NCBI GenBank assembly: GCA_977018835.1
Contig: OZ361260.1
Span: forward strand, 4,154,001 to 4,218,000
Length of the DNA: 64,000 bases
Reading direction: 5' to 3'
Origin: Minutocellus sp. GHC0000111
Taxonomy: Eukaryota
The translations under genes and the position numbers were made by a program. Below the pieces are notes generated by a model that saw only the letters and a program-made list of their open reading frames with translations, made no database searches and was not told the origin of the DNA. Below are positions 24,955-37,316 of the stretch, in pieces (position 1 is the stretch's first letter; the number at the start of each line of letters is the position of its first letter).

Positions 24955-25919
24955 ATGTTTCGAAAAGCATCCCCGACTGCATCTCTCGGACACCGATGCT
25001 GCCGTCGGTACCTGGCCTCCTCGGCGGCACGAGACTCGCAGCGGAGAGCATTGCGCCGCCGTAACCAGCAAACACTTGATAAGGAGTTTGGTGGGGTGCG
25101 CCGAGCCACAGATGCAAAAGGCCAGCGCAAGAGCAGTAACAGCAGCAGTGGACTCCGCCTCAGCCGCCGCCGCCGCCGCAGTCTCCGTCTTTATTTACCA
25201 ATCCTCTGGCTTGGTACTCGACCAAGTTGGAAACGCATCCATTCGCAACGAAATGCATCACGTCGGGCTTGATTGCTGCTAGCAGGGACTTATTGTGTCA
25301 GTATCTTGTTCATCAGAACCATCTGGCCGCTCAAGAGGAATTGATTAAGAGCGAAACACCAAGACCAGCAGCTGAGGAGGAGCAAGCGAAAAAGCAGAGA
25401 CAGGACGAGATCATTGAAACTGAACCGCGGAATTTTGATCCCGATTGGTATCGGACGGGTCGATTTGGAATACTGGGATTTGTTCTCGTGGCACCTGTAG
25501 TTCATATGTGGTATGCTCGTCTTACAACATTCATACCCGGAACCAACGTCGGTGCCGTAATCAAGCGCACGGCAGTTGACCAATTGTGCTTTGCTCCCTT
25601 GTTCTTGCCCACCTTTATGATGAACCTGATGATGCTGGAGGGCAGACCATACGCCGAGGCATTTCCCAAATTACAGAAAGATCTACCCGGGGCCTTGGTA
25701 ACCAACTGGTGCCTGTGGGTTCCGGCCATGTTGGTGAACTTTCGATTCGTACCTCTAAAATACCAAGTCCTGTACAGCAACATGGTGGGATTTGTTTGGA
25801 ATACTTATCTGAGCTGGAAGACGCAGAAGGGGAGGAGGGAGAGGGCCAAGGAGGTCGCGATGCCACCGATGCATCCATCAAGGCCAAAGAGATTGTTGCC
25901 GAGTCTCACATGTAAATAA
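24955..25919 (+). pseudogene. Mpv17/PMP22 family gene with an apparent frameshift near 25150 (and possibly near 25830)
   Basis: WYSTKLETHPFATKCITSG, DWYRTGRF, DQLCFAP, NWCLWVPA..NFRFVP; the mitochondrial-type leader from ATG 24955 is in a different frame. Confidence 0.75.
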
Positions 25920-26090
25920 AGGTAAAAATAAAAATGCCCATTAAAAGCATGCACTTCAATTCATCATTCACAGATTTAGGCGATGAAAGATACATGTACG
26001 AATTTATTTGCAAATTACCGGTATTACGGTACATGTAGTATTATCGGCGACATTCCAACGACATCGACGCCAAAAAGCAAAAAGAAGGTG

Positions 26091-26163
26091 CTCTCCATAG
26101 CAGGATCGAACTGCTGGCCTCACGATTAACAGTCGCGCGCTCTACCAACTGAGCTAATGGAGA
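26091..26163 (-). tRNA. trnN-GTT: tRNA-Asn (GTT)
   Basis: TCTCCAT/ATGGAGA acceptor stem, TAGCTCAGTTGGTAGAGC D-arm, CTGTTAA anticodon loop, GTTCGATC T-loop, downstream T-runs. Confidence 0.96.
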
Positions 26164-26334
26164 TTGTTGTCTGAGAGGACGTCAAACACAATTTTAATCA
26201 CTGCACTTTTTATGCACTGACTCAGCGCCAGGCGACGAGATTGCAGGCGGATGAGATCATGAGATGAGATGCTCATGCCGGTAAATCTCATCGTCCGTCC
26301 CGCACCTGCTTCCTGCTTCTTCAATCGAAAAGCA

Positions 26335-27591
26335 ATGAAGTTCACCAACCTATCGCTTGGCCTCTTCGCCGCCACGGCAGCTCGCTTGCCAAGCAGCGCT
26401 CGTGCCTTTTCGTCGTCTGCTCCTGCTGCCGCCACGGCCGCCCCCCAAGTCACCGGCGCCCGAGCCCTCGGCGGCAGCGACCTCCTCGTCAGCGAGGCAT
26501 GCCTGGGCACCATGACGTGGGGTGTCCAGAACGACCGGGCGGACGCCTTCGCCCAGCTGGACTACGCCCGGTCCAAGGGATGCAACTTCATCGACACGGC
26601 CGAGCTGTACCCCGTCCCGTTGACGGCACCGGAGTGGAGGGCGGGAAATACCGAGCTGATCCTGGGAGAGTATCTGCAGACCATCGGGTCGTCGGAACGA
26701 GACGAGCTGGTCATTGCGTCCAAGATTGCCGGGTACTTTCCCAACAGTCCCGTGGCGGCCGAGCGGACGGTTCCTCCCACGGATCCGGCGCCGGACTGTC
26801 GATTGGATCGCGACTCCGTGCGGCAGGCGACCGACGCCTCGCTCCGCCGATTGCAGACCGATCGGATCGACCTGATGCAGATCCATTGGCCGGATCGGTA
26901 CGTTCCGGCGTTTGGTCTCATGACCTACCAACATGAGCAGAAGCGGGACGATGCCGTACCCATCCGAGAGACGGCGGCTGCGCTCAAGGAGCTGATCGAC
27001 GAGGGCAAGATTCGATACATTGGCCTGTCCAACGAGTCGACCTACGGCGTATGCGAATGGATCAAGGCCTGCGAGGAGTTGGGCATGGCCGATAGGCTGG
27101 CCACCATCCAGAACTCCTACTCGTTGCTCGATCGACGATTCGATTCGGAGCTGGCCGAGGCGGTCGACAGCTACAACATTGGACTGTTGCCGTGGAGTGT
27201 GCTCGCCGGTGGATTGCTTTCTGGCAAGTACCGAGCTGGATCCAACAAGAGTGGAATTGCTTCAGATGACAACTCTCGCTTTATCAAATATCCGGAATAC
27301 ATGACCAGGTGGAACCCAAAGACGGCCACCGAGGCCACGCTGCGGGCCGTCGACGATTACAGCCAAATTGCCGAGGAGGCCGGTATGACGCCGAGTCAGC
27401 TGGCCATTGCCTTTTGCCGGACGCGCAAGTTCATTGCGGACAATGGCAGCGTCATTGTTGGGGCGACGACTGTGGAGCAGCTCAAGGAGAACATGGAGCC
27501 GTTTGACACACCGGTGGAACTCAGTGACGACATTTTGGCCAAGATTGATGAGATCCACATGCGATGCCGAGATCCCTATTGTAGTCTGTAA
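26335..27591 (+). CDS. Aldo-keto reductase (Tas-like), probable organelle presequence
   Basis: CLGTMTWG, NFIDTAELYP, SLRRLQTDRIDLMQIHWPDR, GKIRYIGLSNE, IQNSYSLL; ARA-F cleavage-like motif. Confidence 0.93.
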   Translation: MKFTNLSLGLFAATAARLPSSARAFSSSAPAAATAAPQVTGARALGGSDLLVSEACLGTMTWGVQNDRADAFAQLDYARSKGCNFIDTAELYPVPLTAPEWRAGNTELILGEYLQTIGSSERDELVIASKIAGYFPNSPVAAERTVPPTDPAPDCRLDRDSVRQATDASLRRLQTDRIDLMQIHWPDRYVPAFGLMTYQHEQKRDDAVPIRETAAALKELIDEGKIRYIGLSNESTYGVCEWIKACEELGMADRLATIQNSYSLLDRRFDSELAEAVDSYNIGLLPWSVLAGGLLSGKYRAGSNKSGIASDDNSRFIKYPEYMTRWNPKTATEATLRAVDDYSQIAEEAGMTPSQLAIAFCRTRKFIADNGSVIVGATTVEQLKENMEPFDTPVELSDDILAKIDEIHMRCRDPYCSL

Positions 27592-27646
27592 ATGAGTACT
27601 AGAAGTAGCTTGTACTAATTGGCAAGCTACATCGTTACATGTCACA

Positions 27647-29077
27647 TTACACCTTGCGCTTCAATGAATTCTTTCGGAACGGATCGTTCGGGAGTCGAGG
27701 AAATAACTTGGTTGACGATAGACCACTGCGGTTTGTCAGCAACATTTTAGATAGCTTTTGTGGCGAGGGGCAGCTTCGTGTCGCCGCAGTGCTAGTGCGA
27801 ATATGCGTCGAACTGCTTCCAACTTTATTCTTTTCTCCGAATCTCCTCGCTCTACCCTTGGAGACAGAGTGATTAGGAGTGGCAGGGCATGGGATGCCGA
27901 GAGAGGAGCTGCTACTTTTCCAAAAGGCCATATCTCGCCTTGTTTCGTGCAGCTTGGTGCCATTTTTGCTTCTCGGCTTGCTTGTTGGTTTGTGTTGTTG
28001 TTGTTGTTTGCCGGAGGTGATGATCCATACATCGCCGTCCTTTTCTGCGAGGGCATTCTTTTGTGGAGTAGGAGATGGCACTTGTAGCGCCGGTGCTGGC
28101 ATGGGTACTTTGACAGAGTCGCTGCCACAACGAACGCTGATTGCACTCCCCGTTGGCGTTGAAGGCGCCGTTGTACCAGTTAGATATGATTGCTCATCAA
28201 TTTCACTTGTCTTTCCCGTCCTATTATCACAGGTGATGAGAACAGGTGCATCTGCATCGACGGTTGGCGACGTTGAGCCCGGATCCATGGTTTCTGACTC
28301 AGCCACACGTGGTTGTTGGCGTGAGGACCCGATGGAGTTTGTAGACGGCACGATAGTTGGCTCTTGTTGCGTTCTTTGCATCTTTGTCGGCGGAGTTGGG
28401 GATATTCCCATTCCTCTCAGAGCCAGCTCAACCCCGCGTTCCTCCTGCCGTCGACCCTTATTCTTCTTTGCATTTTTCTGATTCTTCGCCGGTATCGTCC
28501 AGGCGCGATACTTGTCGGCGTATTCCGTGACGAAGGGCCCGGTGTCATCATCGTCTATGAGATTTGGGTCCACGAGAAAGTGGTGGCTGGATGATGCGGT
28601 ACGTGTAGCTATGAGTGCTACTTTCGGCGGCATTTCCATCTCGCTTTCATCCAAAAGACATTGCGGTGGAAGACGTGCTTCTTTCCCGCGATCCGAAGAA
28701 TTCTTCTTGGATTTGCCATATTCCTCGTCCTTGTAGCTCGGGTCGAGGCGGTTCCAGGCAAAGTACAGTGGTATGGGATCGTTGTGTTGTTTCTTCGTCA
28801 CCTCCTTGTTGCGTGGCGGCGGCGATGGAACGCGTGATGATCGTGATGATGGTGGCAAAGCCATCGAATGCATATGCGGCGATGACACGATGTCGTCCTG
28901 GCCCTCACATACCATATTTACCACATTGGAGCACATGGATTGGTATGTTGTTATCGGAATCATTGCATCTTGGATTGCATGAGGGGCATGGTACATCTCG
29001 GGCGAGGGGTGGAGCTTTGTGAGATCAATCGTTTTTGGCTTCGAAGGCAAGGGACTGACGACGACGGCGTCAAACAA
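27647..29077 (-). CDS. Hypothetical low-complexity protein (true start uncertain, possibly an upstream exon)
   Basis: 476-codon ORF, S/T/P-rich, no recognised domain. Confidence 0.5.
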   Translation of the reverse strand: MFDAVVVSPLPSKPKTIDLTKLHPSPEMYHAPHAIQDAMIPITTYQSMCSNVVNMVCEGQDDIVSSPHMHSMALPPSSRSSRVPSPPPRNKEVTKKQHNDPIPLYFAWNRLDPSYKDEEYGKSKKNSSDRGKEARLPPQCLLDESEMEMPPKVALIATRTASSSHHFLVDPNLIDDDDTGPFVTEYADKYRAWTIPAKNQKNAKKNKGRRQEERGVELALRGMGISPTPPTKMQRTQQEPTIVPSTNSIGSSRQQPRVAESETMDPGSTSPTVDADAPVLITCDNRTGKTSEIDEQSYLTGTTAPSTPTGSAISVRCGSDSVKVPMPAPALQVPSPTPQKNALAEKDGDVWIITSGKQQQQHKPTSKPRSKNGTKLHETRRDMAFWKSSSSSLGIPCPATPNHSVSKGRARRFGEKNKVGSSSTHIRTSTAATRSCPSPQKLSKMLLTNRSGLSSTKLFPRLPNDPFRKNSLKRKV

Positions 29078-29515
29078 GAAAAATAAATACGATGGCGGTG
29101 ATCACTCACCCTTTACATTCACTGTACTTCAGAGTTACGTAGTATCCTCCTTGCTCCATACATGTACTTTGCTTTCCTTACACGCGCTTGCGATTGCCTT
29201 GCGTCCCGCCATTGCGAACCCTTTGATGACCGGCTGAAGCGAACCTGAAAATTACTTATGCCCCACGACAAATCGGCGCGTCGACGAAAACTGCAGCCGG
29301 CAAATGCCGGAGGTTGGAAAGTTCTGGAAGACATGCAAACTTCTCGGCATTCTCTTTTCTCACGGAGAGCCGCCCCGCATCATTTTGATATCGGATTCGT
29401 CGCACAAGCATATCTCTTCGTTCGACGCATCTGCTTCCTCCCCATATCTTTCACTCTCCATCTCCCCTGATCTAATCTTGGATCTTTCTTCGATAGCGAC
29501 AATATCTTTTCCATC

Positions 29516-32500
29516 ATGTCGATCAACGAGAAGCGCCACCAACCAAAGGATCCAATGAAGCTCAATAATTGGATCTTTGGTGCCGTCGCAGTTCTTCTGG
29601 AGGCTGCCAAGGCCGTGGCCGACATGGACGTTACCTCGCACAGTAAGTCGCAGAGTTTTATTGATCGTTTCGTTTGCATTTGATGCGATCTTTTATTTGA
29701 ACATATCCAACTCCTATTTTCTCGCTCTATCTCCTCCTTCGTTATATCGCCAGTCATTGAGTTTGCCCCCATTCTCATGTGCCGCCAGATCGATCAGGGT
29801 GGACACGACGCCCTCGTGGGCAAGATCGAGGAAATGGGCCTCCATGTGCACTGCAACGCTAGAACCGAATCCTTCGTCGGTTCCGACGGTACCACCACCG
29901 ACAATGCCGAGGAATCCAACGCCCCAGTCTCTGCCCTGCGCTTCTCCAACGAGGATTGGGACGACCTTCCCGTCCAAATGGTTGTGGTGTCATGTGGAAT
30001 CAAGCCTCGCGATGAGGTCGCCAAGGATGCCGGCATCGACCTCGGCGAGCGCGGTGGTGTCGTCGTCGACAGTAAGATGAAGACATCGGCGGACGATGTG
30101 TATGCCATCGGTGAGATTGCCCTCTACAACAACTTTATCTATGGACTCATCGCTCCGGGATTCCAAATGGCAGACGTTTGTGCCAAGATTGTCGCTGAGG
30201 AGTCTCTCGGCCTCGATCTCAACCTCGACGAGAAGCCAGCCTTCACCGGTGCCGACCTCTCTACCAAGCTCAAGCTTCTGGGATGCGACGTTGCCTCCTT
30301 TGGTGATAATAAGCCTAAGCCCGACGATACCGATGTATCTGAAATGGTGTGGGACGACATTCCCGGTGGCATCTACCGCAAGCTCATCTTCAACAAGGAC
30401 CGAAGCAAGCTTCGTGGGGGCATTCTCGTCGGTGATGCCGGCGACTACACCCAGCTTCACCGTCTCTACCAAACGGAGGGCGAACTTCCCGAGAATCCCG
30501 CCACACTCCTTGCTCCTCCTACCGCCCGCACCGGGCCAGTAGAGGAGGAAGAGGTATCTGACGATCCCAATGCCCAGATTTGTTCCTGTAACGATGTCAC
30601 ACGCGGTGCAATTGCAGCGGCCGTCCAAGAGCTCGGAGTTGATGGTGCTACCTTGCCCGTCCTCAAGAAGTGCACCAAGGCTGGATCTGGCTGCGGAGGT
30701 TGTGAGCCACAGGTAAAGCAAATCCTTGCTCAAGAACTTGAGAAGCTTGGTGGATCTCTTTCCGACCACATGTGCGAGCACTTTCCGTACTCTCGACCCG
30801 AGCTTATGGCCCTCATCAGAACTGATCCCGATATCGATTCGGTCAACTCCTTCGACAAGATTCTCGCCAAGTACGGCAAGGGCGATGGATGCGAGACTTG
30901 CAAGCCCGCTGTTGGGTCTATCCTTGCCTCACTCGTCAACGACAAGGAGACCGTTATCGGCGGTGGTCGCAACGCCCTTCAGGACACCAATGACCGATCG
31001 CTTGCCAACATGCAACGCGGAGGATCATACTCCTTTGTCCCTCGAGTCCCCGGAGGTGAACTAACCCCAGAGCAACTCATCGCTATGGGTGAAACCGCCA
31101 AGAAGTACGGTCTCTACTCCAAGATCACAGGAGCCCAACGTGTTGACCTCTTTGGCGCTGCCAAGCATCAGCTTCCTGACATCTGGGAGGACCTTGGCAA
31201 GGCCGGGCTAGAGAGTGGCCACGCCTACGGCAAGGCGCTTCGCACCGTCAAGTCCTGCGTTGGTTCGACTTGGTGCCGCTACGGTGTCCAAGATTCCGTC
31301 AGCTTCGCCGTTCGTGTAGAGAACAGATACAAGGGTGTAAGAAGCCCTCACAAGATGAAGTCTGCTGTTTCTGGATGTGTTCGAGAGTGTGCAGAGGCTC
31401 AGGGCAAGGACTTTGGCATGATTGCCACAGAGAACGGATACAACCTCTACGTCGGTGGCAACGGCGGAGTCAACCCCGTCCATGCCCAGCTCCTTGCCGC
31501 TGACATCGATGAGGAGACTGTCATCAAATACCTCGATCGATACATCATGTACTACATCCTCACAGCCGATAAGCTCGAGCGCACAGCTCCTTGGCAGGCA
31601 AAGCTGCCCAATGGAAAGAACGGTGGGGGACCGATTGAGCATCTCAAGGAGGTCATCATCGAGGATTCGCTTGGAATCTGCGCTGAGCTAGATAAGCGAA
31701 TGCAACATCTGGTTGATAGCTACCATGATGAGTGGGATGAGGTGAGTCGTCATCTGACCTTGATATGCTTGTTTTATGCTGTTGCCATATTGAAGAGGAA
31801 CCTTTAGCAACATTTCACTCATCTCCCTTTGTGCTCTTCTATCTCGTCTCTTTATCAATCCATGCCCAACACAGGTCGTCAGCAACCCTGAGCTACGCAA
31901 GCAATTCAAGCAGTTCGTCAACACCGATGAAAATCAAGAGCGCAGCGATATGATTGAGTTTGTCGACATGCGCGGCCAGCTCCGTCCTGCCGACTGGCCC
32001 GCCGATGGTCAACCTCAGACCAACTGGCAGGCTCCCGACGATGATATCTTTGCTCGTTCCGAGAAGTCATGGGTCAAGGTCGGTTCTGTCGATGACTTTG
32101 CCCCCAATGTTGGATCGCCCATCCTCGTCGGCGACACTCAGCTCGCCGTCTTCAACAATGCCAAGAGAGGAGAATGGTACTGCACACAGAACATGTGCCC
32201 CCACAAGCAAGCCTTTGTGCTATCTCAGGGCATTCTCGGTGATGCCAATGGTATCGAGAAGGTTGCCTGTCCCCTCCACAAGAAGCAATTCGCCCTCAAG
32301 GACGGAGCACAGATCGATGGAGACCTCAAGATCCTCACCTTCCCCGTCAAGATCGAAAGAGATGCCGTCCTCGTTGAGTTGCCAGCGGAGAAAGAGTTGG
32401 ATGCCATCTTGGGAACTAACGGACTACGCGTGATGAAGACTGACTGCATCGATATCACCGGAGATGCGATCAAGGTCCCTCCCCGAGGAGCCAAGGTGGA

Positions 32501-32627
32501 AATTCCCGGAGATTACGTCGATGGACAGAAGGAGCTGGAGAAACTCATGAAGGACGAAGCTAGCAGCGGTGGCAGTCCTCTGGGAGGTGGCAGCAACTCA
32601 ACCATCCCAGTCGAGGTGAACAAGTGA
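29516..32627 (+). CDS. nirB: NAD(P)H-type assimilatory nitrite reductase (NirB with fused NirD Rieske), lacking most of the N-terminal FAD domain; introns 29643-29753 and 31742-31874
   Basis: LEAAKA..IEFAPILMCRQID, GADLSTKLKLLG, ICSCNDV..GCGGC, GHAYGKALRTVKSCVGSTWCRYG, SGCVRECAE, Rieske CPHK..CPLH; about 955 aa spliced. Confidence 0.92.
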
Positions 32628-32777
32628 TGAATCAACGGGCTCCAATTTTGTTTATGATTTTATATTAGATAGTTTTGTACTCTAAAGAAAACCATACCGC
32701 TGATGAAGATACTCTACAGTACTGACGGCACGTATTATACATACCTATATAGAGCTGAGTACTATCGACGTTGCTCC

Positions 32778-33308
32778 TCAAGCCTCCGGTCGTCTCAAGC
32801 CTCCGCCAGCAGCGCCATTTCCGACGATCCCGTCCATGTCTTCGAGTTCGTCCTCAAAAGATGACTGCTGAATTGCCGCAGTCTTTCGTCTATGTTTGCT
32901 GGTATCTTCGTAGGCAGTGCAGTTCTCGAGAGTGTAGGACATTTGGTGCGTCGTCATTGCGCCTGTTACTGGTAGCTTCTTGATCTGAGCCTCTAAATTT
33001 GCGATCCTGTCTTTGCTGGTGGCGCTGGTGGTTACACCGGTGCTGGTGGTGGATCCTTCGCCAGTACCCTCATGGTATAGCTCGCCCCAGTTGGCCTCCC
33101 AAAACTACGATAAAGCGGAAGACGGGGTGGTGAGTAGATTCAGAATGTATTGGTGGAGGAGAACACACTGTGCACATGTACGTCCTACATGTACAATGGC
33201 TCTCACTGAACTCACCCTGGCAGAATCCAGCTCCCCTCTGACTCTGGCCTCCCAATTCTGGGCTTCGGCCACGTAGTTGCGTTCTTTGTCTCTCTCCTTG
33301 TCGGTCAT
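32778..33308 (-). CDS. Small protein resembling the LLC1/C20orf85 (CIMIP1) ciliary microtubule inner protein family; intron 33215-33105
   Basis: Spliced N-terminus RNYVAEAQNWEARVRGELDSARFWEANWGELY. Confidence 0.55.
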
Positions 33309-33785
33309 TCCGATCTACTCTACCGCGCTAGCCGTCCTAGATTACTTTGCAGTAGACGAATGAAGATTGTATCTTCTGCTCGGTTCCTCCACCCCTTCTT
33401 GCGTTGACGCCAATCCGACGTCATCCTCACCCCGCATCGCTGTCATCGGCGACTTTGCTTTGCATCTGAGCTCAGATACTGGAGAGCAATGTATTAATAT
33501 ATAGCTGCATTCCCGCTCTAGGGAGACAACCGACGCTACGGTAGATCTACCAACACAATTTTCTACGCCTTTACATGTAGTACATTAGAGGGGGCTCCCT
33601 GACTTGGCGGGGAACACAGCTGGGGCTCCCGGTCATTTTTGCCGCTGGGGACTGTCACCTCGTTCCAGGTCGTTGAGATGAACCCATCCTCCCATCTTCT
33701 CAGCAGACGAGATGCAGAAATGTCTTCGCTCTACGTCTTTAAGACCAATAAGAACACATATGCCAGAGCAAGGAGGGGACGAACA

Positions 33786-36700
33786 ATGATTTCGCAACCG
33801 CCGCCGCCACCACCACCAACATCATTTGCTGTTCGAAAGAAGCAGTCTGCACCTTTTCTGCTTCAAATAATTGGTAGCTGCATCCTCTTACAAGGCGAGC
33901 TGAATAATGTAAGCCCTTTGAAAGGACGCCGCGGCCTGCGAACTTTGCTAAGATCCGAGCGACTAGATCTCGCTGATGTTCAGATGAGTGAGGGCTTCGA
34001 GGAGGAATTGCCAATCGCTACAATCAGTACGAACATTAGGAGCAGCACCATGACTATTAGTACCACAGAAGATAGCAATGGAGGCAAAGACAATGCCGCT
34101 AACGTCCTCCAAAACAAAGATCGCTTCCAGTCGACCCTCATTCGATCTTTGGCTATCGAAAATCGGCAAGAAGGATTCATTCCCCAGCTCGGCTTTACTG
34201 GTCCAGGACTGTTTCCCAACGCGAGCTCTGTCCAGGTGGAACTGATGGCTTTTCAAGACAAAGCGCGACAATCCTGGTATGGTACACAAACTGTCGTGGC
34301 GACGGAAGAGTTTGCTTTTGTTATCAGCAACTTCCCGTCCACCGTTTCGCCCTGGACGGCATGTCCAGAGGGTATATTGGTTTGGTTCGAAAGTGTAGAT
34401 ACCAAGGTTGTGTTTAGTGTTCCGGCATTTTATCTCCCACAACAAGAAGATCAGGGCGTCGATCTATCCAGAGAAGACGGCGACGATGATGGCAGCAGGA
34501 CCTTTCAAAAGCTCATTGTCCAAACTTCGATAGTTGACCCAGGAGAATACCGCCTAAATATAGTTGGATTTCAGCGAGAAGGAGAAAGGGGAAATACGGG
34601 CGACGTGCGTCCTGTGTCTGGCAGCCCATGGAATTTGCGTGTCCTTCCAACTACTGTTCCTATCACTGCCAGTGGTGCCGAAAATGGCGATACTGATTCA
34701 AAAAAGGAGAACTATGGCGTACCTGCAAGGCAGACTCGGATTGATGTTCCTTTAAGCACTTGCGATCTCACTGACCTTGTCGACAACGAGAATGGAAGGT
34801 GGGTGGAATGCGAAGCAGCTGGTATTCCTCAGGAACGGTGTCTCGTCGACGGCTGGGTGTACCTCCCAAATGATTGCCAATACGATATCTTCACCACCAT
34901 TGATGCCTTGGAAACCTCCAAGGCCATCGAAGATGCACGGGAAGGGAGGTCAATCTGGATTGTACTTGTTGGCACGTCAATCGAGCGAGGAATCCTTCAC
35001 GCCATGGTGGACATGTTGTCGTCGATTGGTATGATTACTGACAAGCATGGCACTATCGATGGTTCAATCGCCGATACTTTATTTGGAGAAATTAATAATG
35101 ACGAAAAAGGACATGGATCTCTTTTAAAATGTTGGGGCTGGTAAGTACACAAATCAGGCCTGGTCGGTGTATCTATGGGTCGGGTGAAATGATTGTTATT
35201 TCTACGCGAATTTTACTCTCCTTATTTTTCTATATTCTCGCCCATTCATAACAGGTACGATGTCCAGATTGGTAGCATACGTTTATCCTACGATTATCAT
35301 AACAATTACATTCAAGACAAAGAATACAGTGAAGGTGCTCTCAAGCGATGGCACGAGATATTGAGCGAGTCTCCCGACGCAGTGATTGTGGGAGATGTCA
35401 ATAAAATCAACCTCGCGACGATTCCCTACAAAAGTATGGTCGAGTCGGTCATTAGTACCCAGTATCAAGGTATTGTCGTCATGGCACCTCAGATGGAACG
35501 CATAAAGACAGGAGGAATCGGCAACTCCTTTTTCTGTGACGGGATCGATGGCCAAACGACCATGGATTCTTATAGATCTCTCTCAGGAGACATCCGCCAC
35601 TCTCTCGACGAGGCAGTCCAAGGCTGCAATAAAATCTGCTCAATAGATACCAATAATCGATCGAAGAGCCAGTGTCACGAGTACTGTTCCAAAATGAGAG
35701 ATAATATCTTTGTTGCCGACTTCTCGAAGCTGTCTTGGAGCTTCGCCCATGATACCGAGCGGCTCATGTCCAATTCACATCTTTCACAGCACTACCATGC
35801 GTACAGCACATCACTTTCTGGTCATCCCAAGCCCTTGTGTGGATCTGAACACAGTAATCGCCGATATGTTCTTGGGTCTGTCGTAGAGATGACTTCTCAG
35901 ATTTATCTGGGTACTATTTTGAATCATTTGGCAGAGAGAACTAATTTGGCGATGAATCTTTACAGGTCGAGATCCTGTGACAGCCATCCCTCCCTACCCG
36001 AAAGCCCCAACGAAATCGATTTAGCTTCACGCTATCCCTTTCGAGCCTGTTTTACATGTCCACTCAATACAGTCACTCATCAATACACCTGGATTCCACC
36101 ATCTCCCCCCCCCCCCAGACTTTGACTCATTCCAAGCTTAGAAATGTTGTCGAGACCTTTCAAAATGGTATTCGTGCAAAAGACGACACAGATTTTTGTT
36201 ACGAGGGTTTCGGCTCAACCTTTTCGACGAAACTTAAGAAGGACATTTCGATTGGTCTTTCTTCAACAATTCCCTTTCTAGTCCAGAGCAAGCCGGTCTT
36301 ACCTCCAATGCTGGCCGAAAACATAGCATCGATTACTGAACCAGTTGATATTGCCGATACGGCCACTTTCATTCATATCCCGAAAGCTGGCGGAACAAGT
36401 ATGAAGCATCTCTACAGCCAATGCTACGGCTTGGTCGTTGCGTCAGGTGGTGCCCAATGGGGATGGGACTTGGATGAGCTAGTAGTGTGGCCCTATACGA
36501 CACCCGAAGGCAAAGAAGTTCGTTTCATCAATATCGATCCAAATTCAGTTCAAGGTCTACAACGTGCAAAGCGCTTGGGCCTCGCTGATTCTGGCCTTGT
36601 AGATGTTGTCTTTGCGTAAGTCTGGTGAAAATGACGCTTCTCTTTGTTACTCATGCTGATATCCCACCGGGCAGCGCAGATTGGAAGATGAGCTCATATT

Positions 36701-37316
36701 TCATTTCTCTGCTTTACTTCCTCTTATTTTTACTCCCCTTCACCAAAGAACATATTTTGCTCAAGCTGCAGATGTATTCAACCCACAACATCGAGCGAGG
36801 ATGTTTACAATTCTACGACATCCCGTTGACACGGCAATATCTGAATTCTACTACCTACAGGATGCGACCTGGGAGGTAAATTACGCCCCCGAAACCAAGG
36901 ATTGGACTGTGCAACAGTATGCCGAAAGCAGGCTATCAAACGAAAACTTTGTCGTTCGTCAGTTGGTCAACAAGCCATCGGGTTTGCTCTACGAGTCTGA
37001 TCTCGACTTGGCAAAAGAGATTTTGCGAGAAAAGTTTGTCATCGGTCTCATGAATGAAATGGACAAAAGCGTGAGGAGATTTGACTTGTACTTTGATTTC
37101 GATAAAAGCGATGAAACCAATCGCTGTGTTGATGAAATTTTGCATCCAGATAGAATCAGCAGTACTGGCGGCGGAACCAATAGTCATCCCCACCCAAAAA
37201 TACTCGAGGGCACACCAGAATGGGAGGCCATTGCTCAGAATAACTACTTTGACATACAACTCTACGAGTTCGCTGTTGGGCTATTTGAAGAGCAGGCAGT
37301 TTTATTTCAAGATTAA
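33786..37316 (+). CDS. Large type II membrane protein: Ig/filamin-like, SGNH/NXPE-like and C-terminal sulfotransferase domains; introns 35141-35254 and 36616-36748; frameshift in C12 run 36105-36116
   Basis: PGEYRLNI..VSGSPW, GW.YLPNDC, IVLVGTSIERG; FIHIPKAGGTSMK and LRHPVDTAISEFYY; NYFDIQLYEFA. Confidence 0.65.

Noticed and set aside
29516..32627. Nitrate assimilation gene cluster
   Set aside because: No nitrate reductase or transporter lies next to nirB in this window
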